Shown here one piece after another: positions 1-10,688 of a DNA stretch of 44,879 bases. Position numbers and translations under genes: made by a program. The DNA is taken from assembly GCA_018985235.1 (NCBI GenBank), contig JADGIG010000019.1:1-44879 (forward strand), in the 5' to 3' direction. How positions within the stretch are numbered: position 1 is the stretch's first letter; the number at the start of each line of letters is the position of its first letter. The notes under the pieces were generated by a model. The model was given only the letters and a program-made list of their open reading frames with translations, had not been told where the DNA came from and did no database searches. This DNA comes from Sanchytrium tribonematis. Lineage: Eukaryota.

Positions 1-2616
1 CTTCGATTCGTGTAATATATTCAAACTAATTGTCGGGTTGAAAATGCCTTTTTTACCTCGATATATTTCTCCAGTGATGAATGATAGCGTGTAGTTTTTC
101 AAAACTAACGATATGTTTATAGACCCGACATGAATCTGAAAGAAGCTGGTACTTTCACTAACTTTGTCAAGTCTATTTTCAAAGTCATCAATTTGATGTC
201 GAAAAATTGACGCCCACATCAAAAAATTCAACAAATGTTCAAATTCGGTACACCCTCTGATGTTGCGAATACTTAGATTATGGTCATCTTTAAACTGATA
301 ATGAAATTCATTAATTAGAATATCGTCATAAAACGCAACAGGTGCTCGAACCATAAAGGAAAATCTCTGAAAGGCATGATAATTTATCTCGAGTAGAGGA
401 ACGGATATTACACTTGTTTCCTTAAAATCTAAATCATGTCCTAAATGCAATTGCGAACTTTGAAAATTTGCACACAAAGTAATATAAGAGTTTTTCGAAG
501 TTGATTGCTCTCTAGGCTTCTTGTCTATATATTCTTGCACAGTCACTGTAGTGGGGGTGACAAACAAATTATCTAAAAAATTTGACATATACTTTACGAT
601 GTGCCCATATAGATAGACCTGAGAATTTTCAGATTCCAAATTTAAATCTAACACATTATCTTTCGCGGAACTGCAGTATGCCCCTAAAAATTTTGCATTA
701 GGACATTTAAAATAAGGCGTTTGAGGATTCCATATATTTGTTTCAGAAAAAAGAGGCAAAACTACTAAATTTTGTACATTACCTGATAGATCGAATGTCG
801 AGCATTCCTCTAGAATTCTATTAAACTCCGTCTTCAAGTTGATTTTAGCGTATTCTAGATCAAACTTTATATGTGAATTGTCCTCAGTTGAATTGTGGTT
901 GTCTAAAATATTAAAATCGTTGATACTACATAGTAAATCTCCTCGTTCTAGCACGATTTCTATTTCATATTTACTTGGAATAAAAAAGTTGGGTATAGAA
1001 TCCTCGTAAATCAGGTAGTCCATAAATGCATCTGTAAAATATACTACGTGATCTCCCATACAGAATCCATCAAAATCCGTCAAATGAAGTTCGACTTGAT
1101 TTTCGGAAGGGTTTCCATATGACGAGTTAAAAGCAAATTGCATTTGCTTAGCATTTAGAAAAGTTTCGTGATTATATGAAGTTTTAAATTCAATATCATT
1201 AAGTGTTCCATGAACGGCAAAATCTTCTCTTTCTCCTTTAAAATGGTGTAGTCTCGTATTAAATTTTGCCGATGTTGAAGATTTAATGTCAATCCAGCTA
1301 TATGGCATTTGAGATACATCAGACGCATTAACACCGTCTTGTGTGAAATTGCGAAATGGGAACCTAAAATCGATTAAACCGGAAAAGTCCAGATTAATGT
1401 CGGTATAATAAGCCGAGCGTTTCAAACCGTCCAATTTTAGATAAGTTGGAAGTTGACCTTCAAAATATGAGTAGTATCTTTTCATAAAACGTTTTCGTTC
1501 TCTTTCTGTGAATGGGCCGTATCTTATGATAGGATTTTGAACATTTATGGTTATACTGTCATGTGGGATGCTCCCCATATTTTGTGCGTTCCATTTACCG
1601 CATATTATATCTATTCGATAAAAAACTTTCAAGCTGTCACAATTCAAAATGTCATAAATGGCTGCGTACTCTGAGACCGTTAGCTGGTTGGCGACAGCAT
1701 ATCTGTCCAAACCGTGCCAATGGCCTTCATCTGGTATGTCAAGATTATCGTATTGCACATTTGCCTGCATACTCACCTTTCGCCCTATTTTTCGCAAGGC
1801 GTTTCCGAATTTATTTTCCCTAACTGTTCTGTTAATATTAATAGTACCCATGCTTTGCTCAACTTGAGGCATTTCTGAGTCTATGTTTGGAATCAGCTTA
1901 ATATTACATTTTGTACAATCCAATGCAACAGTTTGAGCGTAATTGTCCATCGTGGAAGACTTAAAAGAAATTAAAGTTTGAACTTGATTAGCATAAATAG
2001 CCAAAAGATGTTTTGTACTTTTGTTCCCGATGATTAGATTAAATTTGCTTACTAGAATGGAAATTGGCAGAACCCACAATAAGAATGATGGATCGTAATT
2101 TGGAGAATCAATGAGAGAATCTAATGATATTTCGGATATGCTTTGAGCCTTTTTTTTGAGTTCTTCATATAACACTGAATTATTGTATATAAAGATTTCC
2201 ATGCCCTTGATTTTAATGCTCAGTCTACAAGGAAGTGTGGGATCTTCACTTTGCTCTTCTTTGATCGCGTGAATAAACCAATTAAGATATTTGTTTTTGA
2301 CAGATACCGGAAGTGTCTCGACATGGGAAACCTTCCATATCCAGTAGCGCAATGTAACATTTGCTTTATGAATAGTGATTTTAAAACCCGGTGCTGATAT
2401 TGTAATGTTTTTGAAGGTCATTGATCCTGAGAGAAGAGCTAGCTTAAAACTTTCGATAAATATAAAATATGGCAAAAATAGGCTCAAGAATTGAGAACAT
2501 ATAATTCCTAAAATTCTATTAAAGTAAAAAAACATAAAGAGGAAGCAGAACGATAAAACCAGTCCATAAACTAAGAATGTGTAAACATTTAAGTCGGTTG
2601 TGAAAATACTAGACAT
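1..2616 (-). CDS. CSF1: Csf1/BLTP1 (Tweek/KIAA1109) bridge-like lipid transfer protein, N-terminal 872 codons, runs off the window
   Basis: Not in the ORF track because no stop occurs inside the window. Hand translation from ATG 2616 gives MSSIFTTDLNVYTFLVYGLVLSFCFLFMFFYFNRILG...SFKLALLSGSMTFKN...LRYWIWKV, and later IIRYGPFTERER. This matches the Csf1 N-terminal TM/FYFNR, RYW and YGPW-like motifs. The frame is still open at position 1. Confidence 0.85.
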   Translation of the reverse strand, partial: MSSIFTTDLNVYTFLVYGLVLSFCFLFMFFYFNRILGIICSQFLSLFLPYFIFIESFKLALLSGSMTFKNITISAPGFKITIHKANVTLRYWIWKVSHVETLPVSVKNKYLNWFIHAIKEEQSEDPTLPCRLSIKIKGMEIFIYNNSVLYEELKKKAQSISEISLDSLIDSPNYDPSFLLWVLPISILVSKFNLIIGNKSTKHLLAIYANQVQTLISFKSSTMDNYAQTVALDCTKCNIKLIPNIDSEMPQVEQSMGTININRTVRENKFGNALRKIGRKVSMQANVQYDNLDIPDEGHWHGLDRYAVANQLTVSEYAAIYDILNCDSLKVFYRIDIICGKWNAQNMGSIPHDSITINVQNPIIRYGPFTERERKRFMKRYYSYFEGQLPTYLKLDGLKRSAYYTDINLDFSGLIDFRFPFRNFTQDGVNASDVSQMPYSWIDIKSSTSAKFNTRLHHFKGEREDFAVHGTLNDIEFKTSYNHETFLNAKQMQFAFNSSYGNPSENQVELHLTDFDGFCMGDHVVYFTDAFMDYLIYEDSIPNFFIPSKYEIEIVLERGDLLCSINDFNILDNHNSTEDNSHIKFDLEYAKINLKTEFNRILEECSTFDLSGNVQNLVVLPLFSETNIWNPQTPYFKCPNAKFLGAYCSSAKDNVLDLNLESENSQVYLYGHIVKYMSNFLDNLFVTPTTVTVQEYIDKKPREQSTSKNSYITLCANFQSSQLHLGHDLDFKETSVISVPLLEINYHAFQRFSFMVRAPVAFYDDILINEFHYQFKDDHNLSIRNIRGCTEFEHLLNFLMWASIFRHQIDDFENRLDKVSESTSFFQIHVGSINISLVLKNYTLSFITGEIYRGKKGIFNPTISLNILHESK

Positions 2617-2626
2617 GTTTAAAAAA

Positions 2627-3593
2627 TTATTGGTTGTTTATTTTATTAGTGAAAATGATTCTATGCACTAAAGCGAGATCATAAACGTGTTGTTGTAGAT
2701 GAAGCTCAAGCTGGGTATTAAGTAATTTTGAAAATGATTGCGATTTTGCGATTAAATCGGCTGCATCAAGTGCGGGAAAACTTCTGAGCAGCTTAACAGG
2801 AGAAGGGTGGTGTAAAATTTCCTCCTTCATTCTTACCAACTGGCCAACTACACAAAGTATATTTAAATGAACTCCATATGCAAAGTAGTAGTCCCAAAGT
2901 TTTAAAACTTCATCTAAAGGCGTTACACAAGAACTCAATGTCATAATTACTATATTAATAGCAGATACGAGGGAAAGCATATATTTCGGCCGATAATCGT
3001 TTTGATTTCAGATATGTAAACAACTCTCTGTCTATCAGTTCCAAACACTTGTCCAAAAGTATCGCACCAGCTCTCACACCCTCGGTATTCTTCTGAACAT
3101 ATGTGGGACACTTGTTTTGGATTAGTTGAGAAAAACTATAGAAAGCATCAACTTCATTCATTGTGTAAAGAAAGGGAGCCAGTAAAGCGTTCATACCTTG
3201 AACGTAAAAAAATAAACATTTTGTCGAGTCTGCTGCAAATGTAAGTTTTTGTTCTTTCATGTCATTTACAAAAGCATTTAAAACTCTGATTAGCATATGC
3301 TCGTCCACAACTGCCTTGAATTGTTCGTCTGTTTTTAAAGTTCTATGGGTATCATTTTTGATTTTTCCATAAGCATCACTGGCTCCGATCTGCACCAAGG
3401 AAATATATTTCTTTGAAGAAACAAACTTGACATTTAATAATATTTTCCACACTTTTCCTCGAATACTTGTATCAGATGCATCTAATTTACTGTTGCTTAA
3501 TTTTTCTCCACTCAGTATTTTCTCGATTATAACTTTGGTAGTGTTTTGGGCTTCAATTAAAGTTTTGTTTATAGCATCGACTTCAAGGCTCAT
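2627..3593 (-). CDS. BUB2: Bub2/Cdc16 TBC-domain GAP; exons 3593-2969 and 2949-2627 (315 aa)
   Basis: IRGKVWKILL, IKNDTHRT, YVQGMN motifs. After removing the 19-nt intron the sequence reads YAFPLIMTLSSCVTPLDEVLKLWDYYFAYGVHLNIL, typical of Bub2. Confidence 0.9.
2950..2968 (-). other. 19-nt GT-AG intron in BUB2 (gtatctgctattaatatag)
   Basis: Removal joins two overlapping ORFs into a continuous Bub2 sequence. Confidence 0.9.
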
Positions 3594-3624
3594 CTGAAGT
3601 ATTGTTTCAAATTAAAAAAGTTGA

Positions 3625-5829
3625 ATGATTTCAAATCATACAGTGCTTAATAAATGGAACAATGAAAATAAGAAAATTGAGCTAAAAATAAAGCCAATAA
3701 AACTAAATATTGATTGTGACATTTATTTATTACCTCGAAGTTGGGATAGTCGCAAACGCAAATCGAAAATGCAAGAAAAGATCTTGCTGCCAAAAGTAGA
3801 AGAAGGAAAGTCTGATTATGTACCTACCAAACTCAAATCTCGTCTGAAGTCTTTTGAAGGAACACTATTGCATGAGTTGTATTTGAATTTACCACTCGAC
3901 AAAACTATGAATGTAAAATCCAAAATTATCAACGAAAGAGAGAAATCCACCTCAGTCCAAAATCGTTTCAAAGAAAGAAATTACTTTGAGAACCAAGAAA
4001 TATACATTTCTCCATTTCTGATAGAACAAACCAACAGTATGATGGACCATATTACTCTTTTGAGCCTTGAGAAGGAAATCTGTATCATTCCTTATGAAGA
4101 ATACATAAGGCTGGTAAATCTTTCTTTTATTGAAATGTTTGAAGGACGAGTGGTACGTTTAAGTGGTTTCATTTTGAGTGGTTGCAGTCACATATTTACC
4201 TCTGCTATTAACGAATTTATATTTAAAGTCCAAAATCAATTTTCAGAACTAAATGATATTGCCCAAAATCTTTTCAGTAGTTTGGACAATTATTGGAATA
4301 TTTTAGGACAGGAACTGTACTTCTTTTTACAATCTTCGCACAATTATTTTTGGTCGCAAAATACATACAAATACATTGAAAGTGATATCTTTAAGTATTG
4401 CTCTCAATGGCAAAAAGAATACGAGTTGTCAAATTGTAAATCAATTTCTCAGTTGCAATCCATTGTACAGAACTATCAATTTATTCTAGTCAAAATAGAA
4501 CACCTAGTTAATTGTTTGAAGAGTTCGATCGATTTCTGTAGTTATGACGCAAATGTAAAATCGCTTAACTTTTTCGCACAATGCGTTAAAATAGAATGGT
4601 TGAAGCAACTTAAGGATAGAATTAGCAATTTCGAAGACATATCATCAGTGGTCGTCTCTGATAAGGATCATATGATATTACGAAACAAGAGTCTTAGGGA
4701 TATTTTTACAATTTCATCCATCAATGACTTGCAAAAATGGATCCAGGCATTCCGGCAATTGCGAGTAAACGCTAGAAATGAAATCGATAGGTCGGTTATT
4801 TTAGGCAAAGAAGAGCTTTTATTCTTGATGACTCCAAAGGAAATGTTTAGTATCAATGAAGAATCTGTTCCAGAATTTGTTCCACCGTCAGTCCAAAAAA
4901 TTGAATTACTGCCCACTGATAACAATGTCGAAACGGATGATTTCTCGAAGGCACTTTATAAAGAAAAGGAAATTTTAAAATGGCGACGATCAAGACTATT
5001 GAACAATAATGATAAAGTGGAAAGTTCCGATATTCATCAGCCGCATAGTAAGGAAATTCAGGATACCACATATGAACAAATGGATCTTGATTCCGATCAA
5101 GTCTCAAATACAGAGTTTGAACCAGTTCAAACGGAGGTATATCTGAACGACATGGAAAAGGTGAAGTGTCCTGAATTACTCATAAACTCAACTGCAGAAG
5201 ATTTTCAGATAATAACCCTTCGTGATTTGTATCTTTTTCTTGATGCTGTTATCAACAAAAGGCTGGGTCATTTTTTCGAAGTCATCTTTTTCTTCTACCC
5301 TACCGACTTTCACTCAAATTTCGAGATAATTACAACAAAAATTCCGGAAACGTTTAATGACTTGGAATTCAATTATGATGTTAATTTTATAGACTTTAAG
5401 TTCCTTAGAAAGCTTCTAATAGATTATTATAAGTTGCGTTCTGGCATGAATGTTCATGGTAATCCATTCCCAATTCGTTCACCCAAAAAGTATTTCGAAA
5501 GTATGACAATTTTAGGTGTTAAAATATGTCTTGATCCAGTTTTCAGATTCTTGAATATAGAGTTTTTGCAAGAAATTATTGAATGGAATTTATATTTACC
5601 TGATTCAAAACTATACACAAAACTCTTCCAAGAAATCTTTGATTTAGTCACAAACAAATTGAAAGTATTTATAGAACAGGTTGATTTGCTCAACCAAAAT
5701 GTGCACAATCTCGACAGAATCCTTGATTTGATACCTAATTTAAGCCCTGCACCTTCAAGGCACAACTTTGGTTCAAAAGAATGGTGGGAGGCATGGGAAA
5801 TTTGGGTCAAATTAAACCAATATCAATGA
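3625..5829 (+). CDS. Hypothetical protein, 734 aa
   Basis: Long ORF filling the space between BUB2 and RKI1. No family recognised. Its end overlaps the convergent RKI1 by 7 nt. Confidence 0.7.
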   Translation: MISNHTVLNKWNNENKKIELKIKPIKLNIDCDIYLLPRSWDSRKRKSKMQEKILLPKVEEGKSDYVPTKLKSRLKSFEGTLLHELYLNLPLDKTMNVKSKIINEREKSTSVQNRFKERNYFENQEIYISPFLIEQTNSMMDHITLLSLEKEICIIPYEEYIRLVNLSFIEMFEGRVVRLSGFILSGCSHIFTSAINEFIFKVQNQFSELNDIAQNLFSSLDNYWNILGQELYFFLQSSHNYFWSQNTYKYIESDIFKYCSQWQKEYELSNCKSISQLQSIVQNYQFILVKIEHLVNCLKSSIDFCSYDANVKSLNFFAQCVKIEWLKQLKDRISNFEDISSVVVSDKDHMILRNKSLRDIFTISSINDLQKWIQAFRQLRVNARNEIDRSVILGKEELLFLMTPKEMFSINEESVPEFVPPSVQKIELLPTDNNVETDDFSKALYKEKEILKWRRSRLLNNNDKVESSDIHQPHSKEIQDTTYEQMDLDSDQVSNTEFEPVQTEVYLNDMEKVKCPELLINSTAEDFQIITLRDLYLFLDAVINKRLGHFFEVIFFFYPTDFHSNFEIITTKIPETFNDLEFNYDVNFIDFKFLRKLLIDYYKLRSGMNVHGNPFPIRSPKKYFESMTILGVKICLDPVFRFLNIEFLQEIIEWNLYLPDSKLYTKLFQEIFDLVTNKLKVFIEQVDLLNQNVHNLDRILDLIPNLSPAPSRHNFGSKEWWEAWEIWVKLNQYQ

Positions 5830-6533
5830 ATTGCTTTATTTAAGTAAACGCTAGCTTGCCCGTCTGACTTTCCGATGATAACCTTGTTCATATCCCAGAA
5901 TAAACCTACTTCAATGACTCCAGGTAAAAGTTTGATTTTCTTGTACATTTCCAATTCATTCTCAATTGGGTGTTCCAAGTGGATATCCAAAATCGAATTT
6001 CCCATGTCGGTAATTATTGGACCTGCTTTAAATTTATCATTAGACATTCTTAATTTTGGATTGAATTTCATTTCCTTGAGAGAACGAGTTAAGGATGATA
6101 GAGCAATATTACTAACTTCGACTGGAACGAAACCAAATTTTGATCCCAAGATGGAAGAAGGCTTACTCTCATCAGCTACAATGATTCTGCATTTTGAATT
6201 TTGATAAACAAGTTTTTCAAGGAAATGACAACCTCCGCCGCCTTTTATACAAGTAAACTTTTCTAAACAGACCTCATCAGCGCCATCGATGACTACATCT
6301 AAAAGTGGGAATTGATTAAGAGTTCCTAAATTCAAATCGTTTTCTTGAATTAATGACTGGCTCTGAAAGGATGTCGGAACGAAAGTTTTTTCAGATAATT
6401 CCTTTTGTGAAAAGGTTTCTCTCATCAGTTCAAATAAATGAACAATTGTGCTTCCAGAACCAATACCAATTAATTTAGCGGCCCGAATTTCTTGAATAGC
6501 TGCCTTACATGATGCTTTTTTTGCGATATCCAT
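5823..6533 (-). CDS. RKI1: Ribose-5-phosphate isomerase A
   Basis: IGIGSGSTI, VIDGADEV, IKGGGG, PVEV, ITDMGN and PGVIEVGLF motifs. First ATG at 6533. Confidence 0.95.
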   Translation of the reverse strand: MDIAKKASCKAAIQEIRAAKLIGIGSGSTIVHLFELMRETFSQKELSEKTFVPTSFQSQSLIQENDLNLGTLNQFPLLDVVIDGADEVCLEKFTCIKGGGGCHFLEKLVYQNSKCRIIVADESKPSSILGSKFGFVPVEVSNIALSSLTRSLKEMKFNPKLRMSNDKFKAGPIITDMGNSILDIHLEHPIENELEMYKKIKLLPGVIEVGLFWDMNKVIIGKSDGQASVYLNKAIH

Positions 6534-6647
6534 TCTGGTTTCGTGGAGTCTTCCTTTAAAACGATCTTTCAAGTCCTAATGTAATGAGTCTGCCTTAGCT
6601 ATTCGTTTGTTGAATGTATTGAAATTGATAAGCCAAATTGCACCAAA

Positions 6648-6654
6648 TTGAAAC
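6648..6654 (+). promoter_or_regulatory. TTGAAAC start-proximal motif (representative copy)
   Basis: Directly precedes the MDM10 ATG. Exact copies also precede BUB2, VPS45, RBM39, KEX2 and ATG2 on their coding strands. Confidence 0.55.
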
Positions 6655-7530
6655 ATGGATCAATTTTTGCCAGAAAATCGATATTCTCAAATATTGAAGG
6701 AGTCCGATGGCATTTTGAGGCCAAAGAAATCCATAGGTGTATTTATAAACACCGCAAAACTGATTTACAGCGGATTTAATGCTAGTCATTCGCTTCAAAT
6801 TCCATTGAAAAATTCGAAATTGTCCTACAGCTTATTGAAAGAAAAATACTTTCTTAAGAGCGTCTGGTCTTTTAATAATGAAACCGAGTTTATTGCATCT
6901 AGTAAGGTAGTCAACGGATTATATGCTACGTTGATTGGCTCCACCACAATGAATCCTCCTAAAGCATCTATTGCCTACTCAATACTAGCAAATCCCATCA
7001 ACAATCTGAATATAGAAACAAGTGTATCTACATTTGACAATGCTGTAGGCACATCATTTCTCATTGGCAATATAAGAAAAAGCTGCTTTGGGTGCGAATT
7101 TTATTATCTTCCAAAAAATTCTGCAGGTGGTGTATCGTTCGGATTTCGCCAATTATTTAGATCAAATACATTCGTGGTAACGTATACTCCGATCATAGGG
7201 CAAGTTGGCAGTAGTCTTTTTAAGCCTTTATTGAAAAATGATATCTTTCAACTTGATTTTACAAGTAGAATTGATGCCAACCTATTTTCGTACGATTCCA
7301 ATCTCACAGTTGGAATTTCAGCCACACAAAAATTAGAAAATTCCAGCACCCAGACTATTGTGGCGGCATTAGGACATTGGACAGGCTTGTCACTATCATA
7401 TATTTATCATTCTCAACCGGCGGTTCCGGCTTTGTCTTTGAGTATGTACATTCCATTTCAATGGAGTAGATTGGAAAAATTTTATAATCAGAAACCTGTT
7501 TTTTCAGTTGGCATAAATATCGAACTGTAA
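6655..7530 (+). CDS. MDM10: Mdm10 mitochondrial outer-membrane beta-barrel (ERMES), compact
   Basis: GCEFYY...GGVSFGFR, TYTPIIGQV and SRIDANLFSYDSNLTVG match the Mdm10 motifs. C-terminal beta-signal-like FSVGINIEL. Confidence 0.75.
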   Translation: MDQFLPENRYSQILKESDGILRPKKSIGVFINTAKLIYSGFNASHSLQIPLKNSKLSYSLLKEKYFLKSVWSFNNETEFIASSKVVNGLYATLIGSTTMNPPKASIAYSILANPINNLNIETSVSTFDNAVGTSFLIGNIRKSCFGCEFYYLPKNSAGGVSFGFRQLFRSNTFVVTYTPIIGQVGSSLFKPLLKNDIFQLDFTSRIDANLFSYDSNLTVGISATQKLENSSTQTIVAALGHWTGLSLSYIYHSQPAVPALSLSMYIPFQWSRLEKFYNQKPVFSVGINIEL

Positions 7531-7542
7531 CCTCCTATTTCA

Positions 7543-8115
7543 ATGGCTACAATTTACAATCTGAATAAAGACTTAAACTACATAAAATACCTAAAGAATA
7601 CATTAGAAGATCTTCAGGTCCAATTTAATGATTCCTTTGAAAATATGGTAGGCAATGACTTTAACACTTGGATGTCATTTAAAGAAAATTTATTAATATT
7701 TTGCCAAAATTGGAGACAAGCGGATATTAAACGTACACCTTACATAGAGCAAAAGCCAGGCTTATCAATTGCTAATCTTGACTACTCAAAACCTATAAAC
7801 TTGAGCCTAAAATATTTTGACGTGGAGGTAGAATTGATTGAAAATGAGATAAAATTCAAAGCACCCAGATGTTATTTGTCTGGATTAAAATTATATCTTA
7901 GGGAATTAAATAATGCATATGACCAAGAAACCATTACATTGGGTACATCTGAAATATCTAAAGTTTATATTTTGTTTCTTCTTGGGATAGTTGCGATGGA
8001 TGAATATACCAACAGTATCAATTTTGAATGGCTTTTTCACGATTTTAGATGTGTAGTTCCGACTAGTCATCTTCACTCTGAAGCATTATTTCATTTGGAA
8101 GAATTGATTTCCTAA
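7543..8115 (+). CDS. Hypothetical protein, 190 aa
   Basis: ATG-initiated ORF tightly packed between neighbours. No family recognised. Confidence 0.6.
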   Translation: MATIYNLNKDLNYIKYLKNTLEDLQVQFNDSFENMVGNDFNTWMSFKENLLIFCQNWRQADIKRTPYIEQKPGLSIANLDYSKPINLSLKYFDVEVELIENEIKFKAPRCYLSGLKLYLRELNNAYDQETITLGTSEISKVYILFLLGIVAMDEYTNSINFEWLFHDFRCVVPTSHLHSEALFHLEELIS

Positions 8116-8149
8116 ATAAATATTTCTGAAACAATTGTCAAGCCCAGAA

Positions 8150-8942
8150 ATGTTATTACGCAAAGACATCCAGTCAAAGAAACAAATACTTCGCGAGCGC
8201 TATTTAATTGAAAAAGAAATTGTTCTCTTTCTTAAAAATGGACTAGACGAAGAAGCAATCCTCTCTCATAAACAATATAAAACAAAAATCGATAGTGAAA
8301 GACAAAATTTTATTAAGAGGAAGTTACACCAGCAAAAGCTTCGAGATTCTAGTGATTATCAGCGTGAAATTTATGAATTACAGAACGAAATTATTAGAAA
8401 ATTGCAATTTTCCCAAATTGTTTTGAAGGAAGATAATATTGACAATTGGAAACACCAATACAATGAACTTGAGCTTCTTCGGAATCGGTTTAGGAATAGG
8501 TGCTTACCAAGAAAGGATATCTTAGAACGGGAAATTTTACAATTGCAGTCCGCTTTAGAATTTAAGATAGGTTTAGAAAATGATAAGAGTCAAAAATTGC
8601 TTCAAAATGTCCAAAAAATTCAAATGCAGCAGAAAATCGATTCGAAAAAGAAAAATGCTTTGGAGGAAAGTGAAAGAATTCTTCAGAAAAAACAATTGGA
8701 AGAAGAATTAGCTAAATTTAAAGAATTTCAAAAAGTCGAGAATGAAAAATTGAGAAAAAGGCAACAAAGTTTTATCGAAGATCTCAATTTTCAAGTAAAA
8801 GAGAAAGAAAGAGCAAAAGTTGAGCAAAGTTTAAAAAATTTTAACGACTTAGAGCAGCAACTGGTAAATATTGTTAACTAAGAAACAAATAGAACTAGAA
8901 AAGTCTTGGTTGAAGGATGAAATAAATAAAATGCGTTCTTAA
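8150..8942 (+). CDS. Coiled-coil protein, CFAP53/CCDC11-like (TPH family), shortened; exons 8150-8863 and 8883-8942 (257 aa)
   Basis: KKQILRERYLIE...ERQNFIKRKLHQQKLRD resembles the CFAP53 segment RRNKLRELLALE...ERQDFVAEKLDQQFRER (recalled alignment, not searched). K/E/Q-rich helix throughout. Confidence 0.55.
8864..8882 (+). other. 19-nt GT-AG intron (gtaaatattgttaactaag)
   Basis: Matches the consensus of the other introns. Removal extends the coiled coil by KQIELEKSWLKDEINKMRS* and fills the gap before GAPDH. Confidence 0.75.
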
Positions 8943-8988
8943 AGGAAAGAAAAATAAAAATAATGGTTCAGTTTCCCCGCAAATATAG

Positions 8989-10063
<1,075 letters not shown>

Positions 10064-10073
10064 GTAAATTTAC

Positions 10074-10340
10074 TTAAAGGTTATATTTTTCTAATTCTTC
10101 TTTACAACTTTTGATATCATTGATTAATTCTTTATAAGCTTCGGGACAGTCTCGGATTACCGTCAAGTCTTTTCCGATGGACACCAAGGCATAGCTACCA
10201 ACTGACACCAAAATCCAAAAGGGTATGACTGGCCAAATTTCTTGCATAAATAAGTTATCCTGTGGGCCAAGAAGCAACCCGAAATATACTACACTAAATA
10301 TAATAATTCTGAAAGCAAAAATGAAAGCTTTTGAAATCAT
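10074..10340 (-). CDS. DPM3: Dolichol-phosphate mannosyltransferase subunit 3
   Basis: 88 aa with two TM helices and PFWILVSVGSYAL...DCPEAYKELINDI. Confidence 0.85.
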   Translation of the reverse strand: MISKAFIFAFRIIIFSVVYFGLLLGPQDNLFMQEIWPVIPFWILVSVGSYALVSIGKDLTVIRDCPEAYKELINDIKSCKEELEKYNL

Positions 10341-10367
10341 GGAGGGTTTCTGACAAATTTTGCCAAT

Positions 10368-10670
10368 ATGATTTTAATGCTAAGCCAAGTCGGCATTAAT
10401 CAAAAAGGAAATTATGTTGGGACAATAGGCATTATTCGAAATTATAAGCCTCTGAGCTTTACGGCTGAGTTGACTTATCTTACTAATCGATTGTTACTAG
10501 ATTTGTCAGATTATCCAATTAAGTTTTTGAATCAAAAAGTTCTTGTATATGGAAAATTATTGGCTTTCCGAAAGGGGAACAAAGTCCTATTTAAACTAAA
10601 AGTTTTCCATATCGAACAGTCCAACATCCACAGCTTCATTGTTGATAAAATCGGCTTGTCCAATCTTTAA
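10368..10670 (+). CDS. Small OB-fold protein, Ten1-like (CST telomere complex)
   Basis: 100 aa. LMLSQV...KGNYVGTIGIIRNYK...LLLDL...KVLVYGKL follows the pattern of fission-yeast Ten1 (IFINQI...DGQKLRFLGCVQSYK...VTCDV...LNIVG). Recalled similarity only. Confidence 0.45.
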   Translation: MILMLSQVGINQKGNYVGTIGIIRNYKPLSFTAELTYLTNRLLLDLSDYPIKFLNQKVLVYGKLLAFRKGNKVLFKLKVFHIEQSNIHSFIVDKIGLSNL

Positions 10671-10688
10671 CAAGGAGATTTTTCCAAG

